DNA from: Silvanigrellaceae bacterium
GTDB lineage: Bacteria; Bdellovibrionota_B; Oligoflexia; Silvanigrellales; Silvanigrellaceae
Assembly (NCBI GenBank): GCA_049423385.1
Contig: JBMSQQ010000076.1
Location: 1 to 16,475, forward strand
Length of the DNA: 16,475 nucleotides
Direction: 5' to 3'
The position numbers and the translations under genes are program-made. The notes below the pieces were generated by a model that worked only from the letters and a program-made list of their open reading frames with translations, did not search any database and had not been told where the DNA came from. Shown here piece after piece: positions 1 to 7,529 of this stretch; within the stretch, counting starts at the first letter, position 1; every line of letters starts with the position of its first letter.

Positions 1-147
1 ATTCAAGACCACTGCCATTGCCAGTGCAGCCATCTGGTAGTCGGGGATAGAGCCATTGGCGAAAGATGAGACAAAAAAATGGATTTCGTCTTTGCTCAAG
101 ACAACCTTGTCTCTTTTCTTGCGGATGATTTCCTGGGGAAGAAACAT
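1..147 (-). CDS. deoA: Thymidine/pyrimidine-nucleoside phosphorylase, N-terminal 49 aa (runs off the window edge)
   Basis: Not in the ORF track. Manual translation from the ATG at 147 gives MFLPQEIIRKKRDKVVLSKDEIHFFVSSFANGSIPDYQMAALAMAVVLN, matching the DeoA/Pdp N-terminus (IIRKKRD...LS.EEI.FF...G.IPDYQ.AA.AMA). It lies 32 bp downstream of deoC on the same strand. Confidence 0.92.
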   Translation of the reverse strand, partial: MFLPQEIIRKKRDKVVLSKDEIHFFVSSFANGSIPDYQMAALAMAVVLN

Positions 148-179
148 TTTCAAAACCTTTTTGCCGAATTCGGCATTGT

Positions 180-956
180 TCAATAGTTGGAATTACCGTT
201 TTGAGTGTTGCCGTCAGCAATGGACATACCCGAACTTGTTCCAAGGCGGGTCGCGCCCGCGCGCACAAGGTTGACAGCATCTTCGCCAGTCTTGATCCCT
301 CCGCTCGCTTTGATGCCCAGGACAAGGCCACTTTCGGTTTTATGTCGCTCGACAACCTGCCGCAAAATCCTGATGTCATCCAGATTTGCGCCGCGAGGGC
401 CAAAGCCGGTTGAGGTTTTCAAGATGTGCACGCCGCCTCGCGCCGCAGCCAGGGCGGAGTTGAATATTTGTTCAGTATTCAGCATCGATGTTTCGAGAAT
501 AACTTTGACCAGTCTGCCTTTGGCTGCCTGAACGAGTTCCCGTGCTTCATCCTCGAGCCATTGCCATTTTTCTTCTCGGGCCCGACCAATGTTCTGGACA
601 TAATCGAATTCACACGCACCCATTTTTTCGCATTCTATAATCTCGGCCAACTTTGCTGCGGTGTGATCGTAACCGTTGGGAAAACCGACGACTGTGCACA
701 ACACCGGAGGGTTTAAATCATGCCCGGAATTTTGAAAAAAAAGGGCAGCTTGTTCAATGCGCGAGCCAGGAATACAGACAGATCTGAAGCTGTATTTCAG
801 GGCTTGCTGCATGAGGTCTTCGTAAGCTGCTTGCGTTGCATCGGGTTTGAGGAGTGTGTGATCAATCAGCCCCGCGAGCAGTCGCAAATTGTTGGGTGCA
901 GAGAGAAATGTTTGTCTCTGTTCGTAATCTTCGCCAACACGATCGTGAACAAACAT
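180..956 (-). CDS. deoC: Deoxyribose-phosphate aldolase
   Basis: Motifs IDHTLLKPDAT, CTVVGFPNG, VKVILET, Schiff-base Lys region LKTSTGF, GIKASGGI and GATRLGTSSG. An AAGGA RBS overlaps the upstream stop codon. Confidence 0.97.
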   Translation of the reverse strand: MFVHDRVGEDYEQRQTFLSAPNNLRLLAGLIDHTLLKPDATQAAYEDLMQQALKYSFRSVCIPGSRIEQAALFFQNSGHDLNPPVLCTVVGFPNGYDHTAAKLAEIIECEKMGACEFDYVQNIGRAREEKWQWLEDEARELVQAAKGRLVKVILETSMLNTEQIFNSALAAARGGVHILKTSTGFGPRGANLDDIRILRQVVERHKTESGLVLGIKASGGIKTGEDAVNLVRAGATRLGTSSGMSIADGNTQNGNSNY

Positions 957-966
957 GATAGAATCC

Positions 967-2925
967 TTACTGCCTGTCGCAAACGGAGTTTTCGTTCAAG
1001 TCGACACAATAAAGTCTGGTGAATGCGATGGCGGGAAGTTGTTTGACGCCAAACATGAATTCAGAAAGATAGTTTTTCCCCCACGATGCAAAGCCAATGT
1101 AAAAGTCTTTGGTCATTGTCGCTTTCTCATCAATTTCGAGTGTGCGCACCATGTTCTTGAGAGGACTCACAGGAACTGCCCATTGTTTATATCGTTCCCC
1201 ATTTACAAACATTGTGAGGAATTCGGTTGTGTCCTCGGGTGGCACCCTGAGCCGGAGTCTGATTCTTTGTTGTGGGCCCAGTTTGAGTGGCGATCCCGAT
1301 GACGCGGGCAAAGGGTCAATCCAGTCTATCTGGCTGCCATTGGAGACAAATGATTCTGTTTCCTCGGAACGAAAGGTTCGACTTGCCGCGCTGCGCAAGT
1401 GTGTCCGGAACGTCAGAGGAACAACTCCCTCAAGCAATCCGCGCTCCGATATGCCCGAAACTGGAATTGTGTTTGTGAAAATTGGTTTGAAAATCCTGGA
1501 CAAGAGTGAGTCGAGACTCATGCCTGCCTGGGCAAAAAGTAGTCTCGCAAAAGAGGAACGAGCCATTTGCTCATCTGTTTCAGCGTTTTGTGTCAGCCTG
1601 AAATCGCCAATAAAAGGTCCGTCGGGAGCGATTATGGAGTCGACATTGACGGCTTGCATCAGCGGCTGAAGCAGGAATTGCAGCTGTTGTTGCTGGTTGT
1701 CAAATAATCTTCCGGCACGCAGGAATCGATTGACGCCGCTTTTGGACATCCATGCCCGGAAAGAGCTTTGGCTCAGCAGACGCGAGGGCATGAAGCTTCC
1801 ATCAAAGACAATTGTTCTGGATGGTGCTGCATTTGAATTCACAGCGAACTGGGCTTCCAGCGCTCCTGGTCGGTCGGACTGGAGCGAAGCGTTGATGCTG
1901 GGGTCACAGGCCAGCAAGGCGACATCCGCCGGCTTGATTTGAAGTTTGGAAACACAGGTTCTGATATTTCCATCCCGCCAGAGTCCGACGTGATATTCCC
2001 CGGGTTCCAATTGAATGGAAAATTCTGGCCTTTGAAGCAACAGCGAGGTGAGCAAATATTCCCTCACGCCCTTGTTTTCAGATGGACTCAGAACCATCCG
2101 CATCAAGTCGTCAGGAATGAGCAGTGGCACCTCTGGCAAAAGCCCTGCTGCTTGCGGCGCAGGTTGCTGGGCCCGCACCCTGCCGATGCGCATCAGATCG
2201 CCAAATTGCAGGCCGGTTTCTTTTCCGATTTTGATGATGAGTTTTGCACGTACGTGTGTGCGCAGCGAGACTCTTGTCTCTTGATTGAGTGAAACGCTGA
2301 AGGCTTTATGGGTTCTTGCCTCACCAAAACCTGTTGAAACGATCCATCGTCCAGGGGGAAGCTTGCAGGTTGCGACTCCTTCGTCGTCCCAAAAGCCCAG
2401 AGCCTTAACAAATCTGGAAATCTGGTCATGAACCAGGAAAAGCTGTCCGCTGTTTCCGCGGATGCGCTCGCCTTCCGCATTTTCCAACTCAATTTGACTG
2501 TTGCCCACCGGTAACGAATCTTGCCCGGACGCCTGGGAAGCTGTCGAAGAATTCGACAGTAGCTGACACTGTCCCAACGGAGGCAAGCGGCCGTCGATGT
2601 TGCCGAGCGAGCCTGTGATTCCCAGGGCAAAGTGCCTGTCAGTCAGAGCGAATCCACTTTTTAAAGGCATTATGAGGGGTTGCCAGTATACAGGAGCTCC
2701 GCGGGAGCTCACCCCTTGAAAGTCGTCGGCGGTCAGGGTCAAGATCGGGTTTCGGCTGTTTTGCTCCTGCAATTCCCCGGAATTGGCGAATGAATCCTTG
2801 TCGATTTCGGAGTCCTGCGAAGTCCACCAAGGCGTCTTGCAGCTGGCTGCCATCATCAGCAGCACAAACGACAGCGCGGCCGTCGTGAATTTCGATATTT
2901 TTGAATTCTGCGTGTTTACTATCAT
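967..2925 (-). CDS. Hypothetical lipoprotein (652 aa) with beta-sandwich domains; possible degenerate PHP/CehA-McbA-like scaffold
   Basis: Long ORF with a basic N-region, hydrophobic stretch and lipobox-like MAAS-C29. LPPGRW and LEPGEY segments suggest beta-sandwich (carboxypeptidase-regulatory-like) modules. It stops 10 bp before the deoC start. Confidence 0.8.
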   Translation of the reverse strand: MIVNTQNSKISKFTTAALSFVLLMMAASCKTPWWTSQDSEIDKDSFANSGELQEQNSRNPILTLTADDFQGVSSRGAPVYWQPLIMPLKSGFALTDRHFALGITGSLGNIDGRLPPLGQCQLLSNSSTASQASGQDSLPVGNSQIELENAEGERIRGNSGQLFLVHDQISRFVKALGFWDDEGVATCKLPPGRWIVSTGFGEARTHKAFSVSLNQETRVSLRTHVRAKLIIKIGKETGLQFGDLMRIGRVRAQQPAPQAAGLLPEVPLLIPDDLMRMVLSPSENKGVREYLLTSLLLQRPEFSIQLEPGEYHVGLWRDGNIRTCVSKLQIKPADVALLACDPSINASLQSDRPGALEAQFAVNSNAAPSRTIVFDGSFMPSRLLSQSSFRAWMSKSGVNRFLRAGRLFDNQQQQLQFLLQPLMQAVNVDSIIAPDGPFIGDFRLTQNAETDEQMARSSFARLLFAQAGMSLDSLLSRIFKPIFTNTIPVSGISERGLLEGVVPLTFRTHLRSAASRTFRSEETESFVSNGSQIDWIDPLPASSGSPLKLGPQQRIRLRLRVPPEDTTEFLTMFVNGERYKQWAVPVSPLKNMVRTLEIDEKATMTKDFYIGFASWGKNYLSEFMFGVKQLPAIAFTRLYCVDLNENSVCDRQ

Positions 2926-3139
2926 TGTTTCCGATGACTTTGATCAATGATTTGCCACGATCACTCTAGTATTCAATCAGCAGTGACTAATCTATGCATG
3001 CTCTGTAAACCAATCAAACAACATGTCGAGCTTACAGAATACACCTTGGGATAGAGATTGACACTCCATGTTACCGTAAGTCCCGTGTTTTTGCAGTTGA
3101 AAGAGGCATTTCAGGCAGGGTGGCCGAGAACCGGAAAGT

Positions 3140-3155
3140 CGGCATGCCTTTTGCA
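3140..3155 (+). promoter_or_regulatory. Sigma54 (RpoN) -24/-12 promoter
   Basis: CGGCATGCCTTTTGCA matches YGGCAYRNNNNTTGCW with exact GG-N10-GC spacing, 56 bp upstream of the ATG at 3212. Confidence 0.75.
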
Positions 3156-3211
3156 GAGTGACCATGAGCGGCCTTCATTGAAGGCCAGATGACTATGAGC
3201 GAGGGAGACCT

Positions 3212-3526
3212 ATGTTTAGTGGAAAAATGAAGTACTTCAGCAATGAATCCGCATCTTCCGGTTCCTTGACGGGCGACTTGCTCGGATCAACCGAGGTTAC
3301 GGAACCATCAACGTCGGACGGTCTCAAAATCAAGACTCTGCCCCCAAGCGTGGTCAAGGATATTGAACAGAAGAATATTGCTCGTCGTTTGGCAGGCTTG
3401 TCGCCAATCGTGATCAAGGTGAGACGCTGCATTGCTTGCGGAGCACCGTTTGAGTCTGCGGGAAACAGAACCTGCGGATGTTCGAGCAGAACAGCAGGAA
3501 CAATCGCGGGTCGGGAGATCATCTAA
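3212..3526 (+). CDS. Small hypothetical protein (104 aa) with a C-terminal Cys4 zinc-ribbon-like motif
   Basis: GAGGGAG RBS before the ATG. Contains RRCIACGAPFESAGNRTCGC (CxxC...CxC). Preceded by a sigma54 motif and followed by a terminator. Confidence 0.8.
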   Translation: MFSGKMKYFSNESASSGSLTGDLLGSTEVTEPSTSDGLKIKTLPPSVVKDIEQKNIARRLAGLSPIVIKVRRCIACGAPFESAGNRTCGCSSRTAGTIAGREII

Positions 3527-3556
3527 GCCCTTAAGGCCAATTGAATTCTTTCCGAT

Positions 3557-3584
3557 ACCCCAACTGAAAGGTTGGGGTTTTTTT
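3557..3584 (+). terminator. Intrinsic (Rho-independent) terminator
   Basis: ACCCCAACT-GAAA-GGTTGGGGT stem with a GNRA tetraloop, running into T7 (3578-3584), 30 bp after the stop at 3526. Confidence 0.85.
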
Positions 3585-3950
3585 ATGCCTGCCGACGTGA
3601 AGGCCAGTCGTGCGCCGTATGTTGTCAGTTACCGATCGAATGACGGTGAACTGAAATCGATTCGTCGTGTGCCACCACCCAAGCTCCACAATTTTCAAAC
3701 AGACGATGTTGTGACAATCAGCCGAAAAAGAGGTGATGATTGGGATGTTGACAATGAAGTGAAGGTGACCGGAATCAACAAGCGCCAACCAAACACATTG
3801 AGAGTCGAAAATGCTGACGGAAAGCATACGTTTCTGACCTACTCAGACTTGCGCGGAAAAGCCAAAAATCAAGCAGACGCCGAGTTGCAGGAAGAATTCA
3901 ATGAACGGCAGAGGGATCCGATAGGCAGCGATTACTTGCTTTGGCCGTGA
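3585..3950 (+). CDS. Hypothetical protein (121 aa), probably a small beta-barrel (SH3/KOW-like) with a conserved-looking C-terminal YLLWP
   Basis: The ORF track starts it at 3432, but that extension overlaps the upstream gene and the terminator. The ATG at 3585 (MPADVKAS...) has a G-rich SD-like run at 3569-3577. The sequence is protein-like with alternating beta-strand patterns. The fold is inferred. Confidence 0.7.
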   Translation: MPADVKASRAPYVVSYRSNDGELKSIRRVPPPKLHNFQTDDVVTISRKRGDDWDVDNEVKVTGINKRQPNTLRVENADGKHTFLTYSDLRGKAKNQADAELQEEFNERQRDPIGSDYLLWP

Positions 3951-4879
3951 CTGAGTTCAACCGATTTCGATGTGCCGTGCGAATTTCCGATGCCATCCAT
4001 CAAAAAATGACTTCTGTTTCGATACCACGGATGAATCATGAGTTGGCTGTGTGCGGCCGGAAAAAAACGCGTGGGCATCGAAGGAAAAAGATGATGCAAA
4101 AGATGGAATCCGTCGTTTCGAGGGAAAAGCAGCAAATTAATCCATTCGGTCTTGAAAAGATGATTTCGACTGCGTTCAAGCACCTCGCTGCGGTTGGTCA
4201 GAAAGATGTGATCACATGCGTCCGAGAAAAGCCGCATCCACTGATACGTCGTCAGGTAGGGCATCAAGACATAGGTCAACGTCAAGAATCGCGATGCCGA
4301 AAATAAAAGTCCGAGGGTGATGAGGATAAGAATTGCCACCCTCATCAAGTTGCTCCATCGAGGAGCCCGCTTGGCCCAAAAAATGGGTCGCAGCATCAAG
4401 ATCCAGAGCGGAATAATCGTAATGGAAAAGAATACCAGAACGAGGAACGCAGATGACTTTTTCTTTCTGTTCAAAAGAAAAAACCGCTCTCGAAAATCCT
4501 GGTCGCGCTCAGGATCGCCAAGATACGCGTGGTGGCTGGTGTGTTGACGCGAATAATCGCTGAAGGAGCTGAAGTCCAACACAGCCAGAAGGTGGCCAAA
4601 CCATGAGTTTGCCGCAGCGTTGCCAACAAATGTTCCGTGGCTGCATTCATGCATCATGTTTCCAAGTGAACGCATGCGTGTGCCAATCCAAAAAACCGCC
4701 ATACATCGAAAAATCGTTGCAGATGCTGGAAACATCGTGGCGAGGGACTCTGCCAGGACAACCCCGGAAATCGCCATGCCAATTGTCCTGAAAATAGAGA
4801 AAAGGCCAGCGGGAATGGAATCCCGTGACCTGTAGACACCAACTATCAATTCGCTCAGTTCAGAGCGGATCGAATTCAA
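3932..4879 (-). CDS. Membrane fatty acid desaturase family protein (di-iron, His-box)
   Basis: Three His boxes (HECSH, HTSHH, HLLHH) plus several hydrophobic segments. TTG start with a GAAGGGG RBS just after the flgE stop. Confidence 0.9.
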   Translation of the reverse strand: MNSIRSELSELIVGVYRSRDSIPAGLFSIFRTIGMAISGVVLAESLATMFPASATIFRCMAVFWIGTRMRSLGNMMHECSHGTFVGNAAANSWFGHLLAVLDFSSFSDYSRQHTSHHAYLGDPERDQDFRERFFLLNRKKKSSAFLVLVFFSITIIPLWILMLRPIFWAKRAPRWSNLMRVAILILITLGLLFSASRFLTLTYVLMPYLTTYQWMRLFSDACDHIFLTNRSEVLERSRNHLFKTEWINLLLFPRNDGFHLLHHLFPSMPTRFFPAAHSQLMIHPWYRNRSHFLMDGIGNSHGTSKSVELSHGQSK

Positions 4880-4892
4880 TCATTCCCCTTCA

Positions 4893-6257
4893 TCACCGTT
4901 TCAGGCCGATGATCTCCTCGAGCATGCTGTCCGAAGTCGTAATCGACTTGGAGTTCGCCTGGAAACCACGCTGGGTGGTGATCATGTCCACGAACTGACC
5001 CGCAAGGTCAACGTTGGATTCCTCGAGCGACGCAGAGTAAACCGCTCCTCGGGCACCTGTTTGTGGCACACCGACGCTCGGTTCACCCGACCGATATGTT
5101 TGGCCGTAGCAGTTTTGTCCTGTCTTTTGCAAGCCGGCAGGGCTAGGGAAGGTCGCGAGCGCCACGGCTCCAAGTCGACGTTCCAAGCCGTTCGTGTAGA
5201 CCGCTCGCAGGTTTCCTTCCTGGTCGACTTTCAGGGACTTGAGGTAACCAGCCTCCGAACCATTCTGCGAGTGGTACAGAGTGTTGGAACGGGTTGCCAA
5301 GCTTGTGGAAGTCTGTTTTCCGATTCTGCCGTTTTCGTCTTCGATGGGACCGAAGTTGAACTGGATTTTCTGTGGAGCGGCACCGTTTGAGAATATAACC
5401 TCATGCGCGTCGCTGCCTTCCATGACGTCGACGAAACTTGGCTTACCTTCCTTGGTGCGGAAGTTCATTACGGGTTTTCCACTCTCGTCGAACTGTATTT
5501 TACCCGTACCGATAACATGCGGCAGCGGTTTTCCGAGTTCATCGTAAGGAGGGGCTCCCTTGACTTCTGCGCCGTCGATACAGGCGTGCCAAGACCAGCT
5601 GTTTTCACCTTCCTTGTCTTTTGAGAAGTATACAGTGGCCTGGTGTGACTGACCGAAGTTGTCATAAACCGTCACTGTCGACGCGTAGTTTGAGGTTTCG
5701 TTTGGCCTGCGTGGATCAAACTGTTCCACGAGCACGGGTTCGCGCAAGTCCAGGTTGACGTTCATTGTGACTTTTGAAGATGGAACGGGCGTGATGGACG
5801 TTGTGGTGATCATCAAGTCCTGCATACGCGTTTCGAGCTTTCCATCCTGTCCAGCCAAAAAGCCTTGAAGCTTCTGTCCGTGGACGTCGGTGATGTAGCC
5901 GTCGCGGTCGAAGCGGAAGGTTCCCTGGCGCGTGTAGGTCATCGAGCCCGAGTCGCCATCGTTGGCACCCGTACGCATCACGAAAAATCCTTCACCCTGA
6001 ATCGCCATGTCGGTGATACCACCGGAGTGCGACAACGCGCCCTGCGTGAAGTTGGTCGTAATACTTCTCAAGCGGGCACCACGACCCAGCTGAGAGTGTT
6101 CGTTCAAGTTAATCGCCAAAAGGTCTTCGAATTCGGCGCGGTCAGCCTTGAACGCACGCGTATTCGAGTTGGCGATATTGTTGGATATCACACCCATGGC
6201 GTCGGTATTGACCGTGAGGCCGGATACACCACTGAACAGCGCATAGTGAATAGCCAT
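4893..6257 (-). CDS. flgE: Flagellar hook protein FlgE
   Basis: N-terminal SGL...SNNIANSNT, TDMAIQGEGFF, YTRQGTF and VYDNFGQSH motifs. C-terminal LEESNVDLA..FVDMITTQRGFQANSKSITTSD. GGAGGAG RBS. Follows flgD. Confidence 0.97.
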   Translation of the reverse strand: MAIHYALFSGVSGLTVNTDAMGVISNNIANSNTRAFKADRAEFEDLLAINLNEHSQLGRGARLRSITTNFTQGALSHSGGITDMAIQGEGFFVMRTGANDGDSGSMTYTRQGTFRFDRDGYITDVHGQKLQGFLAGQDGKLETRMQDLMITTTSITPVPSSKVTMNVNLDLREPVLVEQFDPRRPNETSNYASTVTVYDNFGQSHQATVYFSKDKEGENSWSWHACIDGAEVKGAPPYDELGKPLPHVIGTGKIQFDESGKPVMNFRTKEGKPSFVDVMEGSDAHEVIFSNGAAPQKIQFNFGPIEDENGRIGKQTSTSLATRSNTLYHSQNGSEAGYLKSLKVDQEGNLRAVYTNGLERRLGAVALATFPSPAGLQKTGQNCYGQTYRSGEPSVGVPQTGARGAVYSASLEESNVDLAGQFVDMITTQRGFQANSKSITTSDSMLEEIIGLKR

Positions 6258-6288
6258 TTATGAACTCCTCCATCGCTTCAAAGCGTTT

Positions 6289-7482
6289 TCAGATAGCCTT
6301 TTTGGATTCAGTCTTTGTCGTTTTTCCAGTTGTCACCGCTTCCGGCGGTTTGGTGTCTGTCTTGGCTTCCTGCCGAGGATTGGATTGTTTCGCCGGCTCC
6401 GCCGTCACGGCAGATTTTTCTTTCGCTTGTTCCTTTGCGGGAGAAGGCTTTTCTTTCAGCCGTTCCGGGCTGGCAGTTGCCATCTCCTTGTTCTGCATGA
6501 TGCTTGCTGCATTCTTCTCTTCTGCAGCCTTGTCGTTCTTCACTGGACGTTCAGCATTCCTTGAGGACTCAGGTCGTCTGGGCTGGGAGGCAGCCTCGGA
6601 ATTGTCGGGCCTGATTGAGAGAATGTCTTTTGCTTCAACGGCACCGCTTGCGGTTTCCAGTTTCCCGCCCGAAGCAAGATCAGTGATGGCATCAACCTTG
6701 GTCACGAAGCTTGTCTTGACCTTCATTTCCTTGCCATCAATGGACGAAGCATTGACCTCGAAATTGTATTCTCCGGGCTTGGCAGCAATTCCGCCATCGG
6801 TTTTTCCATCCCATTCGATGGTGTGGCGGCCGATGTCCTTCTCGCCAAGTCCCAGGGTGCGCACGACTGTGCCGCTGCTGTCCTTGATGAGCACGCTCAC
6901 GCTTCCGGAAGGGGCGGCCAATTCAATCGAGCCTTGGCTGATCTTTTGATCAGACCCGACTTTGAGTTTTGATCCACTCACTTCAACAAGCTTACCAAGA
7001 TATGGAGTCAGTTTGTCGATGTTGCCTTGAGCCGATTTGTTGGCCATGTCGGTCAACGACTTGTTGACATTGATCAACTGCTCGACGGTGTTGAACTGGG
7101 CAAGCTGGGTTGCCATTTCATGATTTTCCATCGGTTTCGTCGGGTCTTGATACTTGAGCTGGGTGACCATCAGGTTGAGGTAGTCATCCTTGTCGAGTTT
7201 GTTTTTCAGTTTGTCCTGCTTGCGACCCGAGACCCGCTCGAGCATTTCGCGAAATTCCTTGTCGTTCTTGCTTTCGCCAATCTTGAGTTCACCGCCTTCG
7301 CCGAGCGATTTCTTGTCTGCTTCCAACTGCTCCGCGATTGCGTTGTTTGATGCACCAATAACTTTGTCGAAATTGAATTTGTCGGAAGATTCCTCGCGCT
7401 GTTTCTTCGCTTCCTCAAATGCAGGACTGGCTGTCGTCATTGGAGCGACGAATGGTCCCGGCTTGTTGGTCACGCTGAACAT
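6289..7482 (-). CDS. flgD: Flagellar hook capping protein FlgD with N- and C-terminal extensions
   Basis: LDKDDYLNLMVTQLKYQDPTKPMENHEMATQLAQFNTVEQ core, and an Ig-like domain with IKDSSGTVVRT and WDGKTD...PGEYNF. GAGGA RBS. Confidence 0.95.
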   Translation of the reverse strand: MFSVTNKPGPFVAPMTTASPAFEEAKKQREESSDKFNFDKVIGASNNAIAEQLEADKKSLGEGGELKIGESKNDKEFREMLERVSGRKQDKLKNKLDKDDYLNLMVTQLKYQDPTKPMENHEMATQLAQFNTVEQLINVNKSLTDMANKSAQGNIDKLTPYLGKLVEVSGSKLKVGSDQKISQGSIELAAPSGSVSVLIKDSSGTVVRTLGLGEKDIGRHTIEWDGKTDGGIAAKPGEYNFEVNASSIDGKEMKVKTSFVTKVDAITDLASGGKLETASGAVEAKDILSIRPDNSEAASQPRRPESSRNAERPVKNDKAAEEKNAASIMQNKEMATASPERLKEKPSPAKEQAKEKSAVTAEPAKQSNPRQEAKTDTKPPEAVTTGKTTKTESKKAI

Positions 7483-7529
7483 TGTTCAAATCCTCTTCGT
7501 TGTGCACTCATTTTTGACAATAACAAGAC

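Noticed and set aside
1109..1669. 186-aa plus-strand ORF and other short ORFs inside the lipoprotein gene
   Set aside because: Fully antisense to a longer coherent CDS, with no recognisable features.
3058..3090. TTGACA as a sigma70 -35 box
   Set aside because: No acceptable -10 hexamer at 16-18 nt spacing.
3100..3130. GCCGAGAA as a sigma28 -10 box
   Set aside because: No TAAA-like -35 element at about 15 nt spacing.
3159..3201. Repeat-spacer-repeat as a mini CRISPR array
   Set aside because: Only two 12-bp repeats with a 19-bp interval, and no cas genes in the window.
3432..3584. N-terminal extension of the 172-aa ORF call
   Set aside because: It overlaps the zinc-ribbon gene and reads through a terminator. 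ATG 3585 is more plausible.
4862..4883. ATG at 4883 as the desaturase start
   Set aside because: It is out of frame with the desaturase and gives only a 7-codon peptide (MIEFDPL). TTG 4879 is in frame and better spaced from the RBS.
6260..6949. 229-aa plus-strand ORF antisense to flgD
   Set aside because: A shadow ORF: its S/F/A-rich composition mirrors the K/E-rich FlgD tail, and it has no motif or RBS.
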